DNA from: Asterias rubens
Taxonomy: Eukaryota
NCBI RefSeq assembly: GCF_902459465.1
Contig: NC_047062.1
Coordinates: 19,158,001 to 19,222,000 of the forward strand
Direction of reading: 5' to 3'
Length of the DNA stretch: 64,000 nt
Position 1 is the first letter of the stretch. Every line of letters begins with the position of its first letter. The notes beneath the pieces were generated by a model, which worked only from the letters and a program-made list of their open reading frames with translations, ran no database searches and was not told the DNA's origin. Shown here in pieces: positions 1-11,512 of this stretch. The translations under genes and the position numbers were made by a program.

Positions 1-3000
1 CTTGTGAAACTAGTCTAAATTTGGCCTAAAATCTATAAGGTTATAGCCTTGTGAAACTAGTCAAAATCTGTAAGGTTATAGCCTTGTGAAACTAGTCTAA
101 ATTTGGCCTAAAATCTATAAGGGTATAGCCTTGTGAAACTAGTCTAAATTTGGCCTAAAATCTATAAGGTTATAGCCTTGTGAAACTAGTCAAAATCTAT
201 AAGGTTATAGCCTTGTGAAACTAGTCAAAATTTTGCCTAAAATCTATAAGGTTATAGCCTTGTGAAACTAGTCAAAATCTATAAGGTTATAGCCTTGTGA
301 AACTAGTCAAAATTTTGCCTAAAATCTATAAGGTTATAGCCTTGTGAAACTAGTCAAAATCTGTAAGGTTATAGCCTTGTGAAACTAGTCTAAATTTGGC
401 CTAAAATCTATAAGGTTATAGCCTTGTGAAACTAGTCTAAATTTGGCCTAAAATCTATAAGGTTATAGCCTTGTGAAACTAGTCTAAATTTGGCCTAAAA
501 TCTATAAGGTTATAGCCTTGTGAAACTAGTCTAAATTTGGCCTAAAATCTATAAGGTTATAGCCTTGTGAAACTAGTCTAAATTTGGCCTAAAATCTATA
601 AGGTTATAGCCTTGTGAAACTAGTCAAAATCTATAAGGTTATAGCCTTGTGAAACTAGTCAAAATCTATAAGGTTATAGCCTTGTGAAACTAGTCAAAAT
701 CTATAAGGTTATAGCCTTGTGAAACTAGTCTAAATTTGGCCTAAAATCTATAAGGTTATAGCCTTGTGAAACTAGTCAAAATCTGTAAGGTTATAGCCTT
801 GTGAAACTAGTCTAAATTTGGCCTAAAATCTATAAGGTTATAGCCTTGTGAAACTAGTCTAAATTTGGCCTAAAATCTATAAGGTTATAGCCTTGTGAAA
901 CTAGTCAAAATTTGGCCTAAAATCTATAAGGTTATAGCCTTGTGAAACTAGTCAAAATTTTGCCTAAAATCTATAAGGTTATAGCCTTGTGAAACTAGTC
1001 AAAATCTGTAAGGTTATAGCCTTGTGAAACTAGTCTAAATTTGGCCTAAAATCTATAAGGTTATAGCCTTGTGAAACTAGTCTAAATTTGGCCTAAAATC
1101 TATAAGGTTATAGCCTTGTGAAACTAGTCTAAATTTGGCCTAAAATCTATAAGGTTATAGCCTTGTGAAACTAGTCAAAATCTATAAGGTTATAGCCTTG
1201 TGAAACTAGTCAAAATCTATAAGGTTATAGCCTTGTGAAACTAGTCAAAATCTATAAGGTTATAGCCTTGTGAAACTAGTCAAAATCTATAAGGTTATAG
1301 CCTTGTGAAACTAGTCTAAATTTGGCCTAAAATCTATAAGGTTATAGCCTTGTGAAACTAGTCAAAATCTATAAGGTTATAGCCTTGTGAAACTAGTCAA
1401 AATCTATAAGGTTATAGCCTTGTGAAACTAGTCAAAATCTATAAGGTTATAGCCTTGTGAAACTAGTCTAAATTTGGCCTAAAATCTATAAGGTTATAGC
1501 CTTGTGAAACTAGTCAAAATCTGTAAGGTTATAGCCTTGTGAAACTAGTCTAAATTTGGCCTAAAATCTATAAGGTTATAGCCTTGTGAAACTAGTCTAA
1601 ATTTGGCCTAAAATCTATAAGGTTATAGCCTTGTGAAACTAGTCAAAATCTATAAGGTTATAGCCTTGTGAAACTAGTCAAAATCTATAAGGTTATAGCC
1701 TTGTGAAACTAGTCAAAATCTATAAGGTTATAGCCTTGTGAAACTAGTCAAAATCTGTAAGGTTATAGCCTTGTGAAACTAGTCTAAATTTGGCCTAAAA
1801 TCTATAAGGTTATAGCCTTGTGAAACTAGTCTAAATTTGGCCTAAAATCTATAAGGTTATAGCCTTGTGAAACTAGTCTAAATTTGGCCTAAAATCTATA
1901 AGGTTATAGCCTTGTGAAACTAGTCAAAATCTATAAGGTTATAGCCTTGTGAAACTAGTCAAAATCTATAAGGTTATAGCCTTGTGAAACTAGTCAAAAT
2001 CTATAAGGTTATAGCCTTGTGAAACTAGTCAAAATCTATAAGGTTATAGCCTTGTGAAACTAGTCTAAATTTGGCCTAAAATCTATAAGGTTATAGCCTT
2101 GTGAAACTAGTCTAAATTTGGCCTAAAATCTATAAGGTTATAGCCTTGTGAAACTAGTCAAAATCTATAAGGTTATAGCCTTGTGAAACTAGTCAAAATC
2201 TATAAGGTTATAGCCTTGTGAAACTAGTCAAAATCTATAAGGTTATAGCCTTGTGAAACTAGTCAAAATCTATAAGGTTATAGCCTTGTGAAACTAGTCT
2301 AAATTTGGCCTAAAATCTATAAGGTTATAGCCTTGTGAAACTAGTCAAAATCTGTAAGGTTATAGCCTTGTGAAACTAGTCTAAATTTGGCCTAAAATCT
2401 ATAAGGTTATAGCCTTGTGAAACTAGTCAAAATCTATAAGGTTATAGCCTTGTGAAACTAGTCAAAATCTATAAGGTTATAGCCTTGTGAAACTAGTCAA
2501 AATCTATAAGGTTATAGCCTTGTGAAACTAGTCAAAATCTATAAGGTTATAGCCTTGTGAAACTAGTCTAAATTTGGCCTAAAATCTATAAGGTTATAGC
2601 CTTGTGAAACTAGTCTAAATTTGGCCTAAAATCTATAAGGTTATAGCCTTGTGAAACTAGTCAAAATTTGGCCTAAAATCTATAAGGTTATAGCCTTGTG
2701 AAACTAGTCAAAATTTTGCCTAAAATCTATAAGGTTATAGCCTTGTGAAACTAGTCAAAATCTGTAAGGTTATAGCCTTGTGAAACTAGTCTAAATTTGG
2801 CCTAAAATCTATAAGGTTATAGCCTTGTGAAACTAGTCTAAATTTGGCCTAAAATCTATAAGGTTATAGCCTTGTGAAACTAGTCTAAATTTGGCCTAAA
2901 ATCTATAAGGTTATAGCCTTGTGAAACTAGTCAAAATCTATAAGGTTATAGCCTTGTGAAACTAGTCAAAATCTATAAGGTTATAGCCTTGTGAAACTAG

Positions 3001-6000
3001 TCAAAATCTATAAGGTTATAGCCTTGTGAAACTAGTCAAAATCTATAAGGTTATAGCCTTGTGAAACTAGTCTAAATTTGGCCTAAAATCTATAAGGTTA
3101 TAGCCTTGTGAAACTAGTCAAAATCTATAAGGTTATAGCCTTGTGAAACTAGTCAAAATCTATAAGGTTATAGCCTTGTGAAACTAGTCAAAATCTATAA
3201 GGTTATAGCCTTGTGAAACTAGTCTAAATTTGGCCTAAAATCTATAAGGTTATAGCCTTGTGAAACTAGTCAAAATCTGTAAGGTTATAGCCTTGTGAAA
3301 CTAGTCTAAATTTGGCCTAAAATCTATAAGGTTATAGCCTTGTGAAACTAGTCTAAATTTGGCCTAAAATCTATAAGGTTATAGCCTTGTGAAACTAGTC
3401 AAAATCTATAAGGTTATAGCCTTGTGAAACTAGTCAAAATCTATAAGGTTATAGCCTTGTGAAACTAGTCAAAATCTATAAGGTTATAGCCTTGTGAAAC
3501 TAGTCAAAATCTGTAAGGTTATAGCCTTGTGAAACTAGTCTAAATTTGGCCTAAAATCTATAAGGTTATAGCCTTGTGAAACTAGTCTAAATTTGGCCTA
3601 AAATCTATAAGGTTATAGCCTTGTGAAACTAGTCTAAATTTGGCCTAAAATCTATAAGGTTATAGCCTTGTGAAACTAGTCAAAATCTATAAGGTTATAG
3701 CCTTGTGAAACTAGTCAAAATCTATAAGGTTATAGCCTTGTGAAACTAGTCAAAATCTATAAGGTTATAGCCTTGTGAAACTAGTCAAAATCTATAAGGT
3801 TATAGCCTTGTGAAACTAGTCTAAATTTGGCCTAAAATCTATAAGGTTATAGCCTTGTGAAACTAGTCTAAATTTGGCCTAAAATCTATAAGGTTATAGC
3901 CTTGTGAAACTAGTCAAAATCTATAAGGTTATAGCCTTGTGAAACTAGTCAAAATCTATAAGGTTATAGCCTTGTGAAACTAGTCAAAATCTATAAGGTT
4001 ATAGCCTTGTGAAACTAGTCAAAATCTATAAGGTTATAGCCTTGTGAAACTAGTCTAAATTTGGCCTAAAATCTATAAGGTTATAGCCTTGTGAAACTAG
4101 TCAAAATCTGTAAGGTTATAGCCTTGTGAAACTAGTCTAAATTTGGCCTAAAATCTATAAGGTTATAGCCTTGTGAAACTAGTCTAAATTTGGCCTAAAA
4201 TCTATAAGGTTATAGCCTTGTGAAACTAGTCAAAATCTATAAGGTTATAGCCTTGTGAAACTAGTCAAAATTTTGCCTAAAATCTATAAGGTTATAGCCT
4301 TGTGAAACTAGTCAAAATCTATAAGGTTATAGCCTTGTGAAACTAGTCAAAATTTTGCCTAAAATCTATAAGGTTATAGCCTTGTGAAACTAGTCAAAAT
4401 CTGTAAGGTTATAGCCTTGTGAAACTAGTCTAAATTTGGCCTAAAATCTATAAGGTTATAGCCTTGTGAAACTAGTCTAAATTTGGCCTAAAATCTATAA
4501 GGTTATAGCCTTGTGAAACTAGTCTAAATTTGGCCTAAAATCTATAAGGTTATAGCCTTGTGAAACTAGTCTAAATTTGGCCTAAAATCTATAAGGTTAT
4601 AGCCTTGTGAAACTAGTCTAAATTTGGCCTAAAATCTATAAGGTTATAGCCTTGTGAAACTAGTCAAAATCTATAAGGTTATAGCCTTGTGAAACTAGTC
4701 AAAATCTATAAGGTTATAGCCTTGTGAAACTAGTCAAAATCTATAAGGTTATAGCCTTGTGAAACTAGTCTAAATTTGGCCTAAAATCTATAAGGTTATA
4801 GCCTTGTGAAACTAGTCAAAATCTGTAAGGTTATAGCCTTGTGAAACTAGTCTAAATTTGGCCTAAAATCTATAAGGTTATAGCCTTGTGAAACTAGTCT
4901 AAATTTGGCCTAAAATCTATAAGGTTATAGCCTTGTGAAACTAGTCAAAATTTGGCCTAAAATCTATAAGGTTATAGCCTTGTGAAACTAGTCAAAATTT
5001 TGCCTAAAATCTATAAGGTTATAGCCTTGTGAAACTAGTCAAAATCTGTAAGGTTATAGCCTTGTGAAACTAGTCTAAATTTGGCCTAAAATCTATAAGG
5101 TTATAGCCTTGTGAAACTAGTCTAAATTTGGCCTAAAATCTATAAGGTTATAGCCTTGTGAAACTAGTCTAAATTTGGCCTAAAATCTATAAGGTTATAG
5201 CCTTGTGAAACTAGTCAAAATCTATAAGGTTATAGCCTTGTGAAACTAGTCAAAATCTATAAGGTTATAGCCTTGTGAAACTAGTCAAAATCTATAAGGT
5301 TATAGCCTTGTGAAACTAGTCAAAATCTATAAGGTTATAGCCTTGTGAAACTAGTCTAAATTTGGCCTAAAATCTATAAGGTTATAGCCTTGTGAAACTA
5401 GTCAAAATCTATAAGGTTATAGCCTTGTGAAACTAGTCAAAATCTATAAGGTTATAGCCTTGTGAAACTAGTCAAAATCTATAAGGTTATAGCCTTGTGA
5501 AACTAGTCAAAATCTATAAGGTTATAGCCTTGTGAAACTAGTCTAAATTTGGCCTAAAACCTATAAGGTTATAGCCTTGTGAAACTAGTCAAAATCTGTA
5601 AGGTTATAGCCTTGTGAAACTAGTCTAAATTTGGCCTAAAATCTATAAGGTTATAGCCTTGTGAAACTAGTCTAAATTTGGCCTAAAATCTATAAGGTTA
5701 TAGCCTTGTGAAACTAGTCAAAATCTATAAGGTTATAGCCTTGTGAAACTAGTCAAAATCTATAAGGTTATAGCCTTGTGAAACTAGTCAAAATTTTGCC
5801 TAAAATCTATAAGTTTATAGCCTTGTGAAACTAGTCAAAATCTGTAAGGTTATAGCCTTGTGAAACTAGTCTAAATTTGGCCTAAAATCTATAAGGTTAT
5901 AGCCTTGTGAAACTAGTCTAAATTTGGCCTAAAATCTATAAGGTTATAGCCTTGTGAAACTAGTCTAAATTTGGCCTAAAATCTATAAGGTTATAGCCTT

Positions 6001-6950
6001 GTGAAACTAGTCTAAATTTGGCCTAAAATCTATAAGGTTATAGCCTTGTGAAACTAGTCAATATTTTGCCTAAAATCTATAAGGTTATAGCCTTGTGAAA
6101 CTAGTCAAAATCTATAAGGTTATAGCCTTGTGAAACTAGTCAAAATCTATAAGGTTATAGCCTTGTGAAACTAGTCTAAATTTTGCCTAAAATCTATAAG
6201 GTTATAGCCTTGTGAAACTAGTCAAAATTTGGCCTAAAATCTAGTCTAAATTTGGCTTAAAATCTATAAGGTTGTAGCCTTGTGAAACTAGTCTAAATTT
6301 GGCCTAAAATCTAGTCTAAATTTGGCTTAAAATCTATAAGGTTATAGCCTTGTGAAACTAGTCTAAATTTGGCCTAAAATCTATAAGAATTTGCCTAAAA
6401 TCTATAAGGTTATAGCCTTGTGAAACTAGTCTAAATTTTGCCTAAAATCTATAAGAATTTGCCTAAAATCTATAAGGTTATAGCCTTGTGAAACTAGTCT
6501 AAATTTGGCCTAAAATCTATAAGGTTATAGCCTTGTGAAACTAGTCTAAATTTGGCCTAAAATCTATAAGGTTATAGCCTTGTGAAACTAGTCTAAATTT
6601 GGCCTAAAATCTATAAGGTTATAGCCTTGTGAAACTAGTCAAAATCTATAAGGTTATAGCCTTGTGAAACTAGTCAAAATCTATAAGGTTATAGCCTTGT
6701 GAAACTAGTCAAAATCTATAAGGTTATAGCCTTGTGAAACTAGTCTAAATTTTGCCTAAAATCTATAAGGTTATAGCCTTGTGAATCTAGTCTAAATTTG
6801 GCTTAAAATCTATAAGGTTATAGCCTTGTGAAACTAGTCTAAATTTGGCCTAAAATCTATAAGAATTTGCCTAAAATCTAGTCTAAATTTGGCTTAAAAT
6901 CTATAAGGTTATAGCCTTGTGAAACTAGTCTAAATTTGGCCTAAAATCTT
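1..6950. repeat. Tandem satellite/VNTR of 35-bp (CCTTGTGAAACTAGTCAAAATCTATAAGGTTATAG) and 47-bp (CCTTGTGAAACTAGTCTAAATTTGGCCTAAAATCTATAAGGTTATAG) monomers; continues off the left edge
   Basis: Read directly. The 35-bp period is seen at 601/636 and the 47-bp period at 375/422/469. The array is near-identical to about 6230, then increasingly rearranged. Confidence 0.98.
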
Positions 6951-7180
6951 CAAAGCTATAGCCTTGTGTATAGCTAGTAAAAATCTGGCCTAAAATGTCA
7001 AAACTTTGCCTAAAATACGTTAGGAAAATCTACAAGGCTATATATATATATATAGCTTTGTGTAACTTTTCAATTTTGCCTAAAATCTAGCCTTGTGTAA
7101 CTAGTCAAAATTTGCCCTAAAATCTACAAGGCATAGCCTTGTGTAACTATTCAACTTTTGCCGAAAATCTACAAGGCTTG
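6951..7180. repeat. Degenerate satellite edge
   Basis: Diverged monomers such as CAAGGCTATA...AGCTTTGTGTAAC and AGCCTTGTGTAACTAGTCAAAATTTGCCCTAAAATCTACAAGG. Confidence 0.85.
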
Positions 7181-7267
7181 TGTGGTCACAATGAATAATT
7201 TAAAATAAAAAATTGCAAATACTTAAGTACACAATTGCAAGCATTTTTCTTTGAAAAGTTGCCACTA

Positions 7268-7428
7268 TCATCCCAGCTCCACACGCTTTACAGAGTCATC
7301 AGGGCCTTTGAACCTTTCTTTCGGCAGGGTCAAGTCCTCCACCCCTGGGTTACCCAGGGCAGTCCCCTCCTTTGTAGCCTTCAAGATGTCCAGAGTGGAG
7401 ATTACCTCCACAATGAATTTCTCTGGGT
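7268..7428 (-). CDS. Unidentified gene, probable last coding exon ((N)PEKFIVEVISTLDILKATKEG...KRVELG*)
   Basis: Acceptor cctttacctttcag. Phase 1 matches the upstream exon. Codon usage is purine-first and coding-like. TGA at 7270-7268. An internal donor TCT|gtaaag is an alternative. Confidence 0.6.
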
Positions 7429-7756
7429 CTGAAAGGTAAAGGTTACAGACAATATGTGAACCAAGTGGAGTGAAATGATAGCTACAGAAGCAGGCTGTAA
7501 GCAAAGAATTTAAAATAGGGTGCCCAAATTTCTAGCGGCAATAAGTCAGGGTGCAGGGGTTTAATGGGGCAGCACCCTTTTGGAAAATACATGTAATCAA
7601 ATTTTACACCCTCCAAATTAAATTTAAAAACAAGCCACTCAAAAATTGCCATGTTGGCCTAAGGGTTCAGAAAGATAGAGTAGGGAAGTTTTATTTACTT
7701 ATATTTGTTTTTAATCATCCTATTCTTTGTTAATAACTTTGACTCCTGTACCATAC

Positions 7757-7791
7757 TTTGAAATCTTTCGAGTCTTTTCATATTTTCCTGT
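7757..7791 (-). CDS. Unidentified gene, 35-nt internal exon (RQENMKRLERFQ)
   Basis: Acceptor ttccttcag, donor gtatgg. Phase 2 to 1 bridges the neighbouring exons in frame. Confidence 0.5.
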
Positions 7792-7902
7792 CTGAAGGAA
7801 GGATATGTTGTAAACATGAATTTTGTTCCACTGAAAACATAAAATCCTTGAATGTCACATGAACCTTCTTTCAAAATGCTGGCTAATACGTTGATCTAAA
7901 AA

Positions 7903-8118
7903 CATGTGTTATGTAACACATGTAAAAGAACCCAGTGCACTTTTCGAAAAGAGAAGGGGTTCGCCCCGGTGTTCCTGGTCCGATCGGCAGCAAATTGCGC
8001 CACAGCACCTTGTAAAGCATTACATGGTGCTATCAGAATTAGGTCTCATAATTCAAACATAGTCCAACATCTGGCAGGAAGGAGCGTCACTGAGTGGTAC
8101 TATTATTTATTGTTATTA
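7903..8118 (+). mobile_element. 5'-truncated tRNA-derived SINE (family 1)
   Basis: Shares GTAAAAGAACCCAGTGCACTT..CGAAAAGAGAAGGGGTTCGCCCC with the full copies at 31233 and 42904. Has a (TAT)n tail. Confidence 0.85.
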
Positions 8119-8148
8119 CAGAGGTCTTCTCAAAGAAATTGAATGTAC

Positions 8149-8292
8149 CTTGGACCTGGTTTGAGATGCTGCAGAGATGCTCTACAGATGGCAGACATCA
8201 CCCAGCAGACATTAATGGTGTATGAGTCGATCATGTGGTTGATAGCTGTCATGATGGCCGGCAAACCTTTGGAGGATGACACTTCCTTTGAG
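8149..8292 (-). CDS. Unidentified gene, internal exon (SKEVSSSKGLPAIMTAINHMIDSYTINVCWVMSAICRASLQHLKPGP)
   Basis: 144 nt, phase 2 to 2, donor AG|gtacat. Rich in C-ending codons, helical-looking peptide. Confidence 0.6.
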
Positions 8293-8913
8293 CTGTTTTT
8301 TTTAGAAGAATATCAAAAAAATCTTGCATTAGTTCTGTTGTCCTTAAAATTGAGTTGTCACAAGCACAGGTTTTATTTGGATGTCACTGTAATGGACAAT
8401 ATAATAAATACCCAACAACTTTTTTAATAACCAGATTTGGGGAGGCAGGTCTAAAGATGACAGTAATTACTCTTCATTTGTTTCTCCTAGCCCATCTGGA
8501 AGTTTTTCATGTATTGCCATGTATGTTTAAATGACTGAACAAATAATAATAATAATAATTGTAATAAAGGAGTTAAACAGAACACTTTTGCCTAAAAATT
8601 GGTCTTAAATCTACAAGGCTATATATACAGCTTTTGTAACTAATCAAAATGTGCCCATATCAAAAAACATTTTCCACGGAATTGCTTTTACTGGTATCAT
8701 GATTGATATGGATAGAAAATTGTTAATCATTTGCACGCAAAATTATGCGAAAATGCAGTGTATAAAACACAGGTCATGCTTGTCGGGAAAAACACCCAGA
8801 ATGATGAATGCGAGCGCATTTAAGCGACACAACCTATATTTTGCGAAACAAAATCCAACACGTGGCTTATGTGAGCGGATACAGTTTTCTAATGAAAGAA
8901 AAAAAAACCTTGA

Positions 8914-9147
8914 TTGACACACGAAGTTGTGTGCTTTCAGATGCTTGATTTTGAGACCTCAAAATCTGATTCTGAAGTCTCGCAATCAATCTCGTGGAAC
9001 ATTTCTTCTTTCTTGAAAACTACGTTTGTTCAGAGGGAGCCGTTTCTCACAATGTTTTATACTACCAACAGCTCCCCATTACTCGTTACCAAATAAAGTT
9101 TTATGCAAATTTTTATTTTGAGTAATAACCAATATTGTCCATTGCCT
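8914..9147. mobile_element. Partial Kolobok/T2-like MITE (family A)
   Basis: Internal sequence matches the family A copies and ends GTCCATTGCCT-TTAA. Confidence 0.8.
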
Positions 9148-9355
9148 TTAACTTGATACTAAGAAGCAACACACTAGTGATTTTTTTTTAAATATTACAA
9201 TCAAGCAATAATATAATATCTAACAAATCAAAGGAAGTTCTCTTCTAAGACTGTTAGGAGACGTGTCTATCTTTATTATTTGGATCTGTATACAAAGACC
9301 CATTGTCATCCCATTTTTCATCCAATCAAGTTCTTAATGAAATAACTAAACTCGC

Positions 9356-9464
9356 CTGTCTTGAGCCAATGTGTCTGTTCACTTCACTCTCCATAGAAGT
9401 GTTCATGTTGCACTCCCTGTAGAACTGATCATAACCAACAACCAGCTCAGTGATTATAGGCAAG
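9356..9464 (-). CDS. Unidentified gene, candidate exon (LPIITELVVGYDQFYRECNMNTSMESEVNRHIGSRQ)
   Basis: Acceptor ctctgtatag and coding-like codons. Needs a GC donor (CAG|gcgagt), and the phase does not chain directly to 8292. Confidence 0.35.
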
Positions 9465-9786
9465 CTATACAGAGATCACAAGAGCAGTCAGGTGACGTGG
9501 TTGTAAGATCTTGCAGGTTACTGAAGGTTCAAACACATCTGGTTGCAATGTCTGTAAAAAATAACAATGATTGCATATAAAATATTATTTCAACACAAAC
9601 AGTTTGGAAAGTTGACTACACAAATTAAAGAGTGCTTTACATCAGAAAACACAATTTATGTTTTTCTCATCCAACGCCTTGTTTGATGGTTTTATACATC
9701 GATTAAAATGCAATGATTGAAGTGATCCCGGCCAATCAATCATCAATTACTCGAGAAAATTATCTTCATTTGAAAACATAAATTAC

Positions 9787-9831
9787 CTTTCAGTAAATTA
9801 GGTTTTGTGTGTTTCTTGTAATTGTTCATAG
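9787..9831 (-). CDS. Candidate 45-nt exon (MNNYKKHTKPNLLK)
   Basis: Good acceptor tagtttattcag and donor AAG|gtaatt. Open in phase 1 to 1. Linkage to the other exons is unresolved. Confidence 0.3.
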
Positions 9832-10456
9832 CTGAATAAACTAATACAAAACAATGTCCCTTTGTCTTTTTAAAAGGGTTACATGGCTAAATAATAACCA
9901 ATGTGAAATAAGGATCATAAAGCTAGGTATTCAATTGCCAACTAAATTATATGCAAACTGAAATGCATTATGAAACACGCAGTTGAAGTAAATGATTATT
10001 ATGACATCTTGCAATTATCAGAGATTTCACGTTTAAGCAATAAAGCGGTCTTGTAAATACAACATTGAATGTCTCTATTTCTAAATAAAAGGTATGATAT
10101 TTGGTCTTGGGGAAAAAAAGTAGGAATACTTTTTAGTACATACATGCTGCATAGGCTTCAAAAACTGTCCAGGCTATTTAATTCAAAGTTTTTCAGATGT
10201 TTCTATAGGGCAACAAAAAGTTGAAAAGCAGACTAAAGTAGGAAGAATATTATGCCTTTAAAATGTACAGGCCAATGGGAGGGCACAACGCCTGTTTCTT
10301 TGTGAAAGCGCAAAATGCAAATTACCAATTAATGTCGTTAAGAAATTAAGCACAATTCTTTTTTGAGCTGTCTTGCAATAATAAAACATCACCCTCATTC
10401 TTGAAAACAGTACCAAATTATTTTTAATGGTCATATTTCCAGAAAATCTACTTTGA

Positions 10457-10745
10457 AGGCAGTGGGCACTATTGGTAATTACTCAAAATATTTGTTAGCA
10501 TAAAAACTGTTTTGGTAACGAGTTATGGGGAGCTGTTGGTAGTATAAAACATTGTGAGAAACAGCTCCCTCTGAATTAACGTAGTTTTCGAGACCTCAGA
10601 ATAAGAGTTTGAGGTATCAAAATCAAGCATCTGAAAGCACACAACTTCATGTGACAAGGGTGTTTTTTCTTTCATTATTATCCCGCAACTTCGATGACCG
10701 AGTGAGAAGACTGGTCTTTGACATTATCAAAGGTGTCCAGTGTCT
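10457..10745. mobile_element. Kolobok/T2-like MITE (family A)
   Basis: Termini AGGCAGTGGGCACTATTGG and GTGTCCAGTGTCT with TTAA-like flanks. Confidence 0.85.
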
Positions 10746-11512
10746 TTAAATCCAACTTTTGTATCACTTCATAAGCCCAAGGAAAGCCAAAATGAGATAA
10801 TTCAAGAGTCAAATTAGCAGCGTAAATCGGTGTTCCCTTTAAAATAGAAAATTAAAATAAAATATAAAAAACATCCACACCTGTAACTCATTTAGAACAA
10901 TCATGTTAATTTACTTTATTTCATTAATAGACCAAAGAGATAATTGCATTCAAGAAATATTAACTCAAACAACCCCAACCCATCAAAATTCTCCCCAACA
11001 TCAATATTGGCCCATTTTTCTTCAAAAATAAAAGGCTTATCGCTTCCTATTTTATCATCAAAATGTGAAGGTTTGTTACCCTTTATGGTTTTATTCAAGT
11101 TCGACCTATATTTTCAAAAATATGCAAGGCAGTTTTTGCCAATAAAAAAAATAAAATCCAAGGTTCAGGGGCCTGTAGAATTTAATTTCTGCCCAATTTC
11201 TTGAATACCACCATAATCACAAAAAACATCATGGGTGCTAAATGAACATTATTGTGCTAGATTTTGTTTTGAGTGAGGAAAGATCCTGATAAATAACTCC
11301 AGGAATTTAGGGTTCAAGAAACTTGGTCCCAGATACTAAACCTTGATCTAAAACAATGTTGTTTGGTTGTCACTATTGTCGGTGCACAGATGTATCAGGT
11401 TTTGTAAGATGAAGTGGACTGTAAATTACACCAAGACCCAGACCAAGACCCAAACATGGAAGTCCAAGACAAAGAGAAAAGAGAGAAGAGCTGAGAAGTA
11501 GACGAGCAGAAT

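Noticed and set aside
1-6950. Satellite as a CRISPR array or coding repeat
   Set aside because: There are no unique spacers, only length and SNP variants of one monomer. Stop codons recur and the context is eukaryotic.
7259-7436. Plus-strand exon reading (acceptor gaaaag, donor AG|gtaaag)
   Set aside because: It is the antisense shadow of the minus-strand exon, which has coding-like codon bias and chains with two more exons. The apparent plus acceptor at 8121 is a SINE tail.
11340-11420. Minus-strand peptide HFILQNLIHLCTDNSDNQTTLF after a plausible acceptor
   Set aside because: It hits TAG before a good donor and cannot be linked to the other exons.
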